In this document: in pieces, positions 1 through 8,122 of the stretch
Layout of the letters: each line of letters begins with the position of its first letter
Numbering within the stretch: the first letter of the stretch is position 1
Source: a virus
Taxonomy: Duplodnaviria; Caudoviricetes
Length of the DNA stretch: 46,956 bases
IMG/VR virus record: IMGVR_UViG_3300032250_000235
Span: 1-46,956 of that record
Direction: 5' to 3' (one strand)
Translations under genes and position numbers: made by a program
The notes under the pieces: generated by a model
The model's input: only the letters and a program-made list of their open reading frames with translations
Told to the model about the DNA's origin: nothing
Databases searched by the model: none

Positions 1-1259
1 CGACTGCTAGCACCATTGGCTTCTTGTTCTTCTTCTGGAAGATCACTGATCTTGAGACTTTCAATGTTGAACTCTAGATCAACTTTCTGTCCTACCCCGC
101 TCGACGAACGAGTTTTCATTAACTGTATCTGATACCGCCCACGCTCACGCATGGCTCTTGATGTAAAGATACCAAACACATTGTCAGCAGTTTGAATCTT
201 GGATAGTCCACCCGAGATATGACTGTGATCGAATTCAACTTCTTCAACAGCGCCGCGATTCAACTGTGCCGCAGTTACCAATAGAATCTTCTTTTCCATT
301 GCTAGATTACGCAGTTCTTCTGACACATACTTGTCCTTAACGAACAAGTTTTCTGCGCTAATCTTCTTACCAATTGGCATTAACAAGTCCAAGTAGTCTA
401 CTAGCAATACATCTACTTTCTTACCACAACGGATTTCGTATTCCTTAATATAAGCACGAATGTCGTTGACTGTCTTGCCCGATGGCATATATTTGATCTG
501 CAACATACCTGCTTTCTTGCCGATCATTTTGACTTTCATTTCAACATCGTCTAGATCTTTGAAAATCTCTTTTGTACCTACACCTGTAACCATACTGTCA
601 ATACGCATACTCACAAGTGCTTCTGAAAGTTCTAGTGTTAGATAAACAACATTCAAACCCATTAAGGCCCAGTTCACACCTAGGTTAGCAAGGAATAGTG
701 ACTTACCTGCACCAGAACCGCCCGCAAAGATATTCAACTCTCCGCGGTTCATACCACCGAATAGCTTGCGATCCATACAAGGCCAACCTGTCGAGATCTG
801 TCCGTTTTTGTCCTTAAGACCCATTAGTCGTCCACGAGGATCTTCAAAGTAATCAGTGCCCATATCGCGAGCAAGACCAATCTGTACTGCTTCTTTGATC
901 AGTGTTTCAACTTCGCCATAGTTGTGATTCTCTAATAGGTCAGCACTAGCAATAATAGCTCGCTCAATGGCTTTGTGTCTTGTAAACGATTCAAACTCGT
1001 CCATTAGCCAATCCATATGTCCTTCTTTGACATCCTCTGGACGCTTCATGTCAGTTCTGCACGATGCATTGACCATTTCATAGTCTGGCAATACACTATA
1101 TTGCTTGGCATATTCATTAATGAACTCTGCCGCATCTTGCAACTTGCGATCAAATAGCGTGTGATCGAAAATACCTTGACAGCGTACAAATACTTCTGCA
1201 TCTGCAAGCATCAATTCTAAATACAATTTCTGTACTTCAATACCGTAGTCTTTTATCAT
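1..1259 (-). CDS. gp41: Replicative DnaB-like DNA helicase (T4 gp41-like), 3' end truncated by the window
   Basis: Not in the ORF track. Manual translation from ATG 1259 gives MIKDYGIEVQKLYLELML...ISTGWPCMDRKLFGGMNRGELNIFAGGSGAGKS (Walker A), YLTLELSE, LLVDYLDL and LVTAAQLNRG, which are SF4 helicase motifs. Lies next to the primase. Confidence 0.93.
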   Translation of the reverse strand, partial: MIKDYGIEVQKLYLELMLADAEVFVRCQGIFDHTLFDRKLQDAAEFINEYAKQYSVLPDYEMVNASCRTDMKRPEDVKEGHMDWLMDEFESFTRHKAIERAIIASADLLENHNYGEVETLIKEAVQIGLARDMGTDYFEDPRGRLMGLKDKNGQISTGWPCMDRKLFGGMNRGELNIFAGGSGAGKSLFLANLGVNWALMGLNVVYLTLELSEALVSMRIDSMVTGVGTKEIFKDLDDVEMKVKMIGKKAGMLQIKYMPSGKTVNDIRAYIKEYEIRCGKKVDVLLVDYLDLLMPIGKKISAENLFVKDKYVSEELRNLAMEKKILLVTAAQLNRGAVEEVEFDHSHISGGLSKIQTADNVFGIFTSRAMRERGRYQIQLMKTRSSSGVGQKVDLEFNIESLKISDLPEEEQEANGASS

Positions 1260-1265
1260 AGTTAT

Positions 1266-1294
1266 ATTATATTACTTCTCTTCTAATAAAGCAA
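1266..1294 (-). promoter_or_regulatory. Sigma70-type promoter for the helicase (leaderless start)
   Basis: TTGCTT-N17-TATAAT, then 6 nt to the ATG at 1259, with no Shine-Dalgarno. Confidence 0.65.
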
Positions 1295-2285
1295 GTCGTG
1301 TCTCAAGATTATTCCTTGCCACACTGATTTTGATTTCACCCTGTTGGGCAGTTTTAATGGCATCAACTGTTACAAACAGTCGACCATATCTTTGTACAGC
1401 ATCCGCACAATCTTTCACATCATTGTCCCATGTGGGAAATGCCACACTCCATCCATACTCAATAGCCTGCTTGATCAACATCAGCCCGGCACGATCTTGA
1501 TCTGGAATAACAATTACTTCTTTACCCATTTGATTAATGATGTGGGCCTGTTGTTGTGCTATTTCGTTGGTTAACAATCCAACGCCGCCAACTGCTAATG
1601 CATCGAATTGTCCTTCTACCACAAATACATATTTGTTCTTTGGATCTTGCTCGTCTACATTATACACAAAGAAAGGATGTTGATCTGACAGGTACTTGGG
1701 CTTGCCTTCTCGAATTTTTCTTGCTGTACTGCCAACAATCTTACCTTCGTAATAATAAGGCAACAACACTCGATCTATGTATCCAGGTGCAGGACTCCAA
1801 AAGAAATTTTTACTTAATGCATCAAACCCTCGACTGTAAACATAATCTATCACGGGACCAATGTCTGCAGATATGTCTGGTAGGTATGCCGAATTAACCC
1901 ACTCATTGATGGACATTGCGCCTTCGGGTAATTCTTTTTCGGTGAACTTGACCTTTTCAACAAAGTGATCTGGTTCGTAGTCTGTTGATTCTGTTTTAAG
2001 TGCTTCAAATACTAACTCTTTGATTTGATCATCGTTGGCTCCTAGCCATCGGCACAGGCTCTTGAACTTTTCGGAGATGTTTCTACCAGGTTGCCAACTG
2101 GCAGTGTATTTGCAATTAAAACAATTATAAATTACACCTTCACTGAACATGACTCCTGCTCGTTTACGAGTATCTCGAGCATGACCTCTATGATGACAAC
2201 AGGGCGCATTAAAACTAATCCAACCACTTGGGCTGGTTTTAGTTTTAGGCAGCATTGATCTGAATTTGTCTAAGACGAGGGTCAT
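1272..2285 (-). CDS. gp61: DNA primase (T4 gp61-like)
   Basis: N-terminal Zn ribbon (APCCHH...CFNC), PKYL, TOPRIM motifs VVEGQFDA and PDQD...KDCAD; adjacent to the helicase. Confidence 0.9.
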   Translation of the reverse strand: MTLVLDKFRSMLPKTKTSPSGWISFNAPCCHHRGHARDTRKRAGVMFSEGVIYNCFNCKYTASWQPGRNISEKFKSLCRWLGANDDQIKELVFEALKTESTDYEPDHFVEKVKFTEKELPEGAMSINEWVNSAYLPDISADIGPVIDYVYSRGFDALSKNFFWSPAPGYIDRVLLPYYYEGKIVGSTARKIREGKPKYLSDQHPFFVYNVDEQDPKNKYVFVVEGQFDALAVGGVGLLTNEIAQQQAHIINQMGKEVIVIPDQDRAGLMLIKQAIEYGWSVAFPTWDNDVKDCADAVQRYGRLFVTVDAIKTAQQGEIKISVARNNLETRLALLEEK

Positions 2286-2291
2286 AGACTT

Positions 2292-2320
2292 AGTATACTA
2301 TCTGTATAGTATCTTGTCAA
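2292..2320 (-). promoter_or_regulatory. Sigma70-type promoter for the primase (leaderless start)
   Basis: TTGACA-N17-TATACT, then 6 nt to the ATG at 2285. Confidence 0.75.
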
Positions 2321-3119
2321 CAGTTCCGTTGTTGGTAATGAGTTTATTGGGAGTATGTTTTACTCGAAACCAATTGTATTTGCCTGTGATATTTCGATAG
2401 GCTAGTGTTCCAGTAGTCAATGCGAATGTTTGAACATCAGTCCATATTTCCGGAGCACCGCCTTCACTTATACTGCCTTGAATGGTTACAGAACCAGTGT
2501 AATTGGTACAGAATAATTGAAAGGTATGCAAGCTCTGCGGAGTAGTAACCTGTGGTCTTGCATCAATAATACTGCTGATATAGTAGTCATCGAACGGTTC
2601 GCCAAAACTCTTGTGCAGACTAAACTCAGAGACTTTGGTGCTGGCTTGTACTTCGCCTTCTCCGCTGTCTAATACTTCGATATTGGCCAATGCGTCATAC
2701 TGACTGTCAATATACAATGGAGTTCTACTAGAGACTAGGTGTGTGCCGTCGCTATTGAGTGTTCTCGTTTCGTTGTAGACGCTGTATTGATAAAAACCTG
2801 TTTCAATATCAAGTAATTCATCCTGAGTGAGTGTAACATAGTATTTGCCAGTATCAGCTGCAACTGTAACGCAGTCCTTTTTAGCCACTAATGTCTGGGT
2901 TTCTCGCTCAACCAAATTAAATACCAATGTTGAACCTGTTGTGTTAGCGGCTTTTTCATCTGAGTTTCGTACCTGTAAATCAATACGATTATCTACTCCG
3001 CGATAGATTTTTATGTTGCGATTGTACACTCTACGATACCTCTTTGTTTGCCAGGTCGCCGATGCATTTGTAAAAACATCTATTTTATTTGGATATAAAT
3101 AAACTGAAATTAATTGCAT
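2298..3119 (-). CDS. Hypothetical protein, beta-rich, possibly virion-associated
   Basis: 273-aa ORF, Thr/Ser/Tyr-rich; preceded by an ATAAATA late-type motif (3140-3146). Confidence 0.7.
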   Translation of the reverse strand: MQLISVYLYPNKIDVFTNASATWQTKRYRRVYNRNIKIYRGVDNRIDLQVRNSDEKAANTTGSTLVFNLVERETQTLVAKKDCVTVAADTGKYYVTLTQDELLDIETGFYQYSVYNETRTLNSDGTHLVSSRTPLYIDSQYDALANIEVLDSGEGEVQASTKVSEFSLHKSFGEPFDDYYISSIIDARPQVTTPQSLHTFQLFCTNYTGSVTIQGSISEGGAPEIWTDVQTFALTTGTLAYRNITGKYNWFRVKHTPNKLITNNGTVDKILYR

Positions 3120-3146
3120 ACTAAACGGATCCTTTGCAGTATTTAT
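3094..3146. promoter_or_regulatory. Face-to-face pair of T4-type late promoter motifs
   Basis: TATAAATA on + at 3094-3101 (upstream of the 3149 ORF) and ATAAATA on - at 3140-3146 (upstream of the 3119 ORF). Confidence 0.5.
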
Positions 3147-3148
3147 CT

Positions 3149-3520
3149 ATGAGAATAACAGAAAACCTACAAGAAAACTTTCCATTCATAAGTGTGGTAA
3201 ATCATGTCAACCAAGAATATGTGGGAGTCGTGATTAACCAAGATGCTCAGGTCACTAGCATGTATGACTATACCTTGATTAAAACTGACAAAGAAAAGGC
3301 CAAATTCCTAGAGCTGGGCGAAATTTGGTGGTGGGAATCTAATCGACAGATTCCTATTAATATTTTCTTATTGCGTGAGATTCACGGCTTTAGATATGCT
3401 ATTAGAAACTTTTCAACAAAAGACACAAAGATATTGTTAGGTCCTTGTACCAGCCTAAATGACATTATTGTTAAAAGAATCAAGCGTAGAAGTATAACTC
3501 TAGTTAGAAAAATTACTTAA
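3149..3520 (+). CDS. Hypothetical protein
   Basis: ORF track gives 3134..3520; first ATG is at 3149 (MRITENLQENFPF...WWWESNRQIPI); fills the gap between minus-strand genes. Confidence 0.75.
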   Translation: MRITENLQENFPFISVVNHVNQEYVGVVINQDAQVTSMYDYTLIKTDKEKAKFLELGEIWWWESNRQIPINIFLLREIHGFRYAIRNFSTKDTKILLGPCTSLNDIIVKRIKRRSITLVRKIT

Positions 3521-4076
3521 CGCCAATAATCATAACACGATAAAAGGCTTTATCGTTAAATTCAAATCGTTTAATGCCTTCATAAAGCAATTCTTCTACA
3601 GGATATGCTTTGAATAGATCGTGTGCAGTGCTAAATTTGTTAACATGATCCTCATCTTCCATATCACTGGCTTGTAGGCACACAATTGTACCTTTGGGGA
3701 TATTATCCCACCATGTGTTTGAAGTCATATGCTCAACACTAGAGTTGATAACAACATCTGGCCTAGGCTTATATTCTAGTTGATTAATGTCAGCAGTGTG
3801 AGCTTTGAACTCCCAAGCCCGCCATACCCATAAGTTATTAATAGTATCAGCAACAGCTTCGCAGCTAGGATCAATATCAAAACTTCTAACTTCTAATACA
3901 GGAATTTGATTGCGTGTTCGCAATAACAAATTAGTTAGGCCATGCCAACCGGCTAACATCCAGATACGATACCCGTCTTCAATGGGTCGCTCTTCTAATA
4001 GAACATTTTCTAGTCGTTGTACAAGCCATTGTTTGCTCTGCATTTGAGCAGCACTAAAGCTATCACTGATATCCAT
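3513..4076 (-). CDS. Putative class I SAM-dependent methyltransferase
   Basis: Motif I-like LAGWHG, SFDIDP (acidic SAM contact), ADIN and DVVINSSVEH. Confidence 0.7.
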   Translation of the reverse strand: MDISDSFSAAQMQSKQWLVQRLENVLLEERPIEDGYRIWMLAGWHGLTNLLLRTRNQIPVLEVRSFDIDPSCEAVADTINNLWVWRAWEFKAHTADINQLEYKPRPDVVINSSVEHMTSNTWWDNIPKGTIVCLQASDMEDEDHVNKFSTAHDLFKAYPVEELLYEGIKRFEFNDKAFYRVMIIGVK

Positions 4077-4641
4077 AACTTATCGATTCACAAATTAAAT
4101 TCATCTGGACCACAATAGCAACAGCATAAGCAGTGGCGTGACTCTTCTTGAAATAATAATCATTAGTCTCTGGTTTCGTCCAGACTTCCGTCATAATCTC
4201 CGGCCAAGATTTCCCAATCAAGTTCCTCTTTGCTGGGCGTATCATAGCAAGGACGGCAGCTAATTGTGCCACGGAAGTGGGGCAGGTCTTCCTCAGAATT
4301 GCACCATGGCCATTCAAATGAAATAATAGATCCACAAATTCGTCTTGTAGTAGTAGGTCCCATAGCGGTTCAGTCTCCATAAGTTGTTTAAGATGTTCTT
4401 CGTTGCGAACGCCGTTGTATAATCCAACGTTAAGAAAGTCTATTTTAAAAAACTCTTGTTCTTCTGCTTGCTCATATGGCACCGAACATAGACCGGTAAC
4501 CGCATCGACAGGAACCTCATGGAGGTATACGCCAGTATTATGTTTGACCAATTGGCCATTATCACTTCTACTGGCAACTGTATGTTTAAACAGTTTCAGT
4601 GCCTGTTCGCGATTTGTAAAGTCTATGTCGATATCTGGCAT
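4063..4641 (-). CDS. Miniature DnaE-like (C-family DNA polymerase III alpha core) protein
   Basis: PDIDIDF, HNTGVY, FKIDFL, AMIRP and YFKKSHATAYA match, in order, the DnaE motifs PDxDxDF, HAGG, KxDFL, ALxRP and YGFNKSHxxAY, within only 192 aa. Confidence 0.82.
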   Translation of the reverse strand: MPDIDIDFTNREQALKLFKHTVASRSDNGQLVKHNTGVYLHEVPVDAVTGLCSVPYEQAEEQEFFKIDFLNVGLYNGVRNEEHLKQLMETEPLWDLLLQDEFVDLLFHLNGHGAILRKTCPTSVAQLAAVLAMIRPAKRNLIGKSWPEIMTEVWTKPETNDYYFKKSHATAYAVAIVVQMNLICESISYGYQ

Positions 4642-4871
4642 TATTGCAACCGTGTACTTTCAAATAACAGTAATGGTAGTGTTTCTGCTAAGAACTGTGC
4701 ATACTCTTCAGCATCTTCACTGTCCTCAAAGCCTGAAAATTTAACATACACATCAGGTGTATCCTCTCCGATTACTACTTCTATATCAATGTCATCTCTA
4801 GAGATATGTTCTTCATTGTAGGCCAATTCTTCTTCAATTGGCTCTTCATCTCGTCGCTTCTTAAAAATCAT
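4641..4871 (-). CDS. Small acidic hypothetical protein
   Basis: 76-aa D/E-rich ORF, translationally coupled to both neighbours. Confidence 0.7.
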   Translation of the reverse strand: MIFKKRRDEEPIEEELAYNEEHISRDDIDIEVVIGEDTPDVYVKFSGFEDSEDAEEYAQFLAETLPLLLFESTRLQ

Positions 4872-5554
4872 AAAATCTTCGCCTCCTTGATGACGTCTTT
4901 AACTAACTCATGATCGGCAGGAGTTGATTTGAATCTACGCATCCAGAACCCGGGATCTACCACAGGCCCAACTATTTCTAATTGTTCTTGATTCATGCGT
5001 CTAATCATGTCTTTACCTGACTTGCTATTTAACAAGATCCATGGCGAGATCAAGCCTTCTTTAATGTCGTGTGTAGCTCTGTTTAAATTCACAAAGGCAA
5101 AATAATGTTCCCAAGGAGCATCGTTCTTATCAGCCCATTCCATCATAGTCTGAATAGTGCGCTGAATAGCACCATCTGCTGGTTCAATTTTTATAAGCTC
5201 GCTGATATAAGAATCGTAAAGCTCGTCACGGCACCAGTGGTCTAATTTAATACCACTTTTAACCACATAGTCTACAAACCTTTCTGGATAGATAGGATTT
5301 GTATTGCTCATAAAACTGCCAAATTTTATAAATGCTGTATAGTATGGACTAGCTGCAAACTCTTCAAATGTCTTAGGCTGTTTGGCTTTCTGTGTCAATT
5401 CATAGAAACGCTGATAGGTCATTAGTCCTAGTTTAACATGTCTTTCGTCTTTGCTCATGTGCCGGCGTTTCTGTTCGCAGATATGCACTACCAAAGTTTT
5501 TTCTTTGGCAAAGAGCTTACTGCAATGTTCACACTTATAGTTTAATGTCTGCAA
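4868..5554 (-). CDS. Hypothetical protein with N-terminal C2H2-like zinc finger
   Basis: YKCEHCSKLFAKEKTLVVHICEQKRRH. ORF track starts at 5587; TTG at 5554 is the more plausible start. Confidence 0.75.
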   Translation of the reverse strand: MQTLNYKCEHCSKLFAKEKTLVVHICEQKRRHMSKDERHVKLGLMTYQRFYELTQKAKQPKTFEEFAASPYYTAFIKFGSFMSNTNPIYPERFVDYVVKSGIKLDHWCRDELYDSYISELIKIEPADGAIQRTIQTMMEWADKNDAPWEHYFAFVNLNRATHDIKEGLISPWILLNSKSGKDMIRRMNQEQLEIVGPVVDPGFWMRRFKSTPADHELVKDVIKEAKIL

Positions 5555-6014
5555 TTTGCTTTTTGTCCCAACCAAGGTCCTTAGCATATTCTTTGATCTC
5601 TTTGTCTGTGGTTATTGCCGCAAGTGTCTCGATGTCACTCAACTTCATATTTGGAAACAATTCTGCCAAGAACTTTTCTTTTTTATTTGCTTCTTTCTTT
5701 AAAGGGATCCATTCGTGAAATTGTGTTTTCTTACTTTCGTGACTGCATAGACAAAGAGTCTGCCAAACCAGTTTAGGGTGTTGCTGGATGTCATTCCAGT
5801 TCTTGTTGTAGTATTCGTTAACTGTTAGAATGAAGTGCTCTTGAAGTTCTCTATTAGAGCTTTTAACACTACTGATATAACGGGTAAGATTCCAAAAGTC
5901 GCCTTTAATTTCTTTGCGACCTTCGTCTGTGACTGCATCCCATAATTCTTTAATCCCCATATCTACCGCAGGAATCATGTCTTTAAAAAGATCTACGTGT
6001 TTATTTTTTGCCAT
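5535..6014 (-). CDS. Hypothetical protein, possibly clamp-loader small subunit (gp62-like)
   Basis: 159 aa, helical; LTRYISS...NEYYN...HPKL...HEWI pattern resembles T4-like gp62; replication context. Confidence 0.45.
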   Translation of the reverse strand: MAKNKHVDLFKDMIPAVDMGIKELWDAVTDEGRKEIKGDFWNLTRYISSVKSSNRELQEHFILTVNEYYNKNWNDIQQHPKLVWQTLCLCSHESKKTQFHEWIPLKKEANKKEKFLAELFPNMKLSDIETLAAITTDKEIKEYAKDLGWDKKQIADIKL

Positions 6015-6282
6015 GGTCTTTACTCAAGTGATATATGAGTATAACACGATCCATAGCTTCTTGTAAAGCTGTATTTGTCCGAGCTTCTCTTCGAATGTCG
6101 CCCCAAAGTTTATCTTCTTTCATATGCTCGTATAATGGACGACCGTCATGTGTTCTTGGATCAGTTTTATTTTCATACTGATATCCAATTAATTTTCTAT
6201 CAGTTTTACCAACTTCTCTAGCGTAGATCTCTTCGCCGTTGCGTTCGTAAACATAAGTTGCGCCTGGTGTTAAGGTACCCAT
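6001..6282 (-). CDS. Hypothetical protein
   Basis: 93-aa ORF overlapping both neighbours in an operon-like arrangement. Confidence 0.7.
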   Translation of the reverse strand: MGTLTPGATYVYERNGEEIYAREVGKTDRKLIGYQYENKTDPRTHDGRPLYEHMKEDKLWGDIRREARTNTALQEAMDRVILIYHLSKDHGKK

Positions 6283-7106
6283 AATAAATCTTCCATGGTA
6301 TACAATTGTTGCATAAAAGGAGAAGGTTTGTCAAGTACACTTCGTTCGAGATCGCCTGCTCTTCTTGGGCATACATGAACATCAAATTCACAGTTATTGA
6401 CTTTCTTATACAGGTTGATCATTTGTTTAACTGTTGTACCTACTCCGTGTCCAAGATTTTCAATTTGATTTGTTGAACGATCTATTGCCTGTTCTAGAGC
6501 ATGACAAATTTCATTGACATGAGTGTAGTCGCGTACAGCAGATCCGTCTAGAGTATTGTAATCGTCGCCAAATAAATTAAACATTCCTGTCTTTTGAGCA
6601 TTTATTAAATTCCACATAAGACCGTCTTTATTAGTCGGAGCAATTCCGTCTGAGCCAGTTACATTAAAGAATCTAAATGTGGTAAACGGAATAGATCGTT
6701 CTTTGCAATACTGATCTACAATTTCTTCAGAGGCTCGTTTGCTGATGCCATAGGGATTATTCATTGGGCCCGCCGAACCTGTGCTAGCATGTATAAATCG
6801 TTTGTATTTTAATTCTTGGAGAATTCGTAAGGTACCCATAGTGTTTGTTTGATAATATTTTATGGGATTTTTTACACTACGACCAACTGCTACTTCGGCT
6901 GCTAAATGAATTACACAATCAAATTCAAAATCTCTCGTCCACAGAAAATATCCGGGCATAGAGATGTCGTTTCTGGAATGTTCTTTGACTGGCAGCTGAG
7001 GTATATTCCTATCTAGACCGTAGAGTTCTAGATCGTTTCTTTTATTCAGAAGCTGAGTTAAGTGACTACCAATGTAGCCAGCATTGCCTGTTATTAGTAT
7101 TTTCAT
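6270..7106 (-). CDS. galE: NAD-dependent epimerase (UDP-glucose 4-epimerase-like)
   Basis: ILITGNAGYIGSH Rossmann motif, HLAA, YGISK (YxxxK), FRFFNV, DGSAVRDYTHV, RRAGD. Confidence 0.88.
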   Translation of the reverse strand: MKILITGNAGYIGSHLTQLLNKRNDLELYGLDRNIPQLPVKEHSRNDISMPGYFLWTRDFEFDCVIHLAAEVAVGRSVKNPIKYYQTNTMGTLRILQELKYKRFIHASTGSAGPMNNPYGISKRASEEIVDQYCKERSIPFTTFRFFNVTGSDGIAPTNKDGLMWNLINAQKTGMFNLFGDDYNTLDGSAVRDYTHVNEICHALEQAIDRSTNQIENLGHGVGTTVKQMINLYKKVNNCEFDVHVCPRRAGDLERSVLDKPSPFMQQLYTMEDLLWVP

Positions 7107-7777
7107 TTATAAACCATAACACAGTCTTTTGGCCAACTCACTTCCATGGTATAACCCCATCCTAATAATAGTTCAACCGCTAAATTTCCTTCTTCTCCGT
7201 AATACCTTTTCGAATAATTTTTCTCTTCCATTAGTATTACAGGTTTATACTTTTTAATAGTTTGCTCGGCACCTTTTAGAATATACGGTTCATACCCTTC
7301 ACAATCTAATTTTATAAATCCAACTTCTGTTAATTCAAAAGAATCTAAAGTTTTACAACTGTGTGTTCCGGAAACTTCTTTATTGATATGGGTACCAAAG
7401 GTATTTTTAAGATAATTTAAAGAAACAAGTTCTTCTTTGTCACTTAGGCCACAATCACACACTACTACATTGTTTAATTGAAACTTTTCTACATTTTTTT
7501 TAAGACAGTCTCGCACCGGAGTATCTACTTCGAACGCATAAATTTTAGAGAACTTGCTGTTTAAATTAGCACTCATTATACCATAGTTGGCACCTGCATC
7601 TATAGCTGTAGTAAAATTTTTAACGAATCCTAAAGCAATATTGAGTTTACCTTTCTGATAATCGATAACAGTCGGAGGTTGATTATCGATACTATCGGCT
7701 CTTGCAAGTGCAGATCTTAATGCACGATCTCCGGGAATAGTTTCCCATTCATCTATATTTTCGTATTGCTTTGTCAT
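7103..7777 (-). CDS. FkbM-family methyltransferase
   Basis: IDAGANYG, YAFE, TLDS and FIKLDCEGYEPYILKGA motifs. Confidence 0.88.
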   Translation of the reverse strand: MTKQYENIDEWETIPGDRALRSALARADSIDNQPPTVIDYQKGKLNIALGFVKNFTTAIDAGANYGIMSANLNSKFSKIYAFEVDTPVRDCLKKNVEKFQLNNVVVCDCGLSDKEELVSLNYLKNTFGTHINKEVSGTHSCKTLDSFELTEVGFIKLDCEGYEPYILKGAEQTIKKYKPVILMEEKNYSKRYYGEEGNLAVELLLGWGYTMEVSWPKDCVMVYK

Positions 7778-8122
7778 TTAAAATCCTTTGTCTCTCTCAA
7801 CATTCCAAGCAATGGCCGTTTGTAGACCATTCGGTTTGGGATCATTCATCACAATTCTTTCACCTAACGGTAGACCAAATATTGCATAATTGTATCGTAG
7901 CCCGTTGTCTTTTAATATCTGTAGACTTGAGTCTTTGTACTCTTCTGCTCTACCGGTAGTGATTATAATATAATCATTCACAGGTATTGATGCCCATAAT
8001 TCTTTTACGCCAGGCAGCAATTCATCATTGTTGGTTAGATAGCCGTTGTGTTTTAAAATTGTCCCGTCGAGGTCTATGAACCAAGTATGATTAAGATTTT
8101 CTGATAATTGAAACGGAATCAT
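7778..8122 (-). CDS. Small HAD-superfamily phosphatase
   Basis: FIDLDGT (motif I), TTGR (motif II), ND (motif IV-like); 114 aa, capless. Confidence 0.8.
   Translation of the reverse strand: MIPFQLSENLNHTWFIDLDGTILKHNGYLTNNDELLPGVKELWASIPVNDYIIITTGRAEEYKDSSLQILKDNGLRYNYAIFGLPLGERIVMNDPKPNGLQTAIAWNVERDKGF

Noticed and set aside
4063-4871. Mini-DnaE as a frameshifted or broken pseudogene
   Set aside because: Motifs that are hundreds of residues apart in DnaE are joined in one clean frame, and the flanking ORFs show no DnaE motifs.
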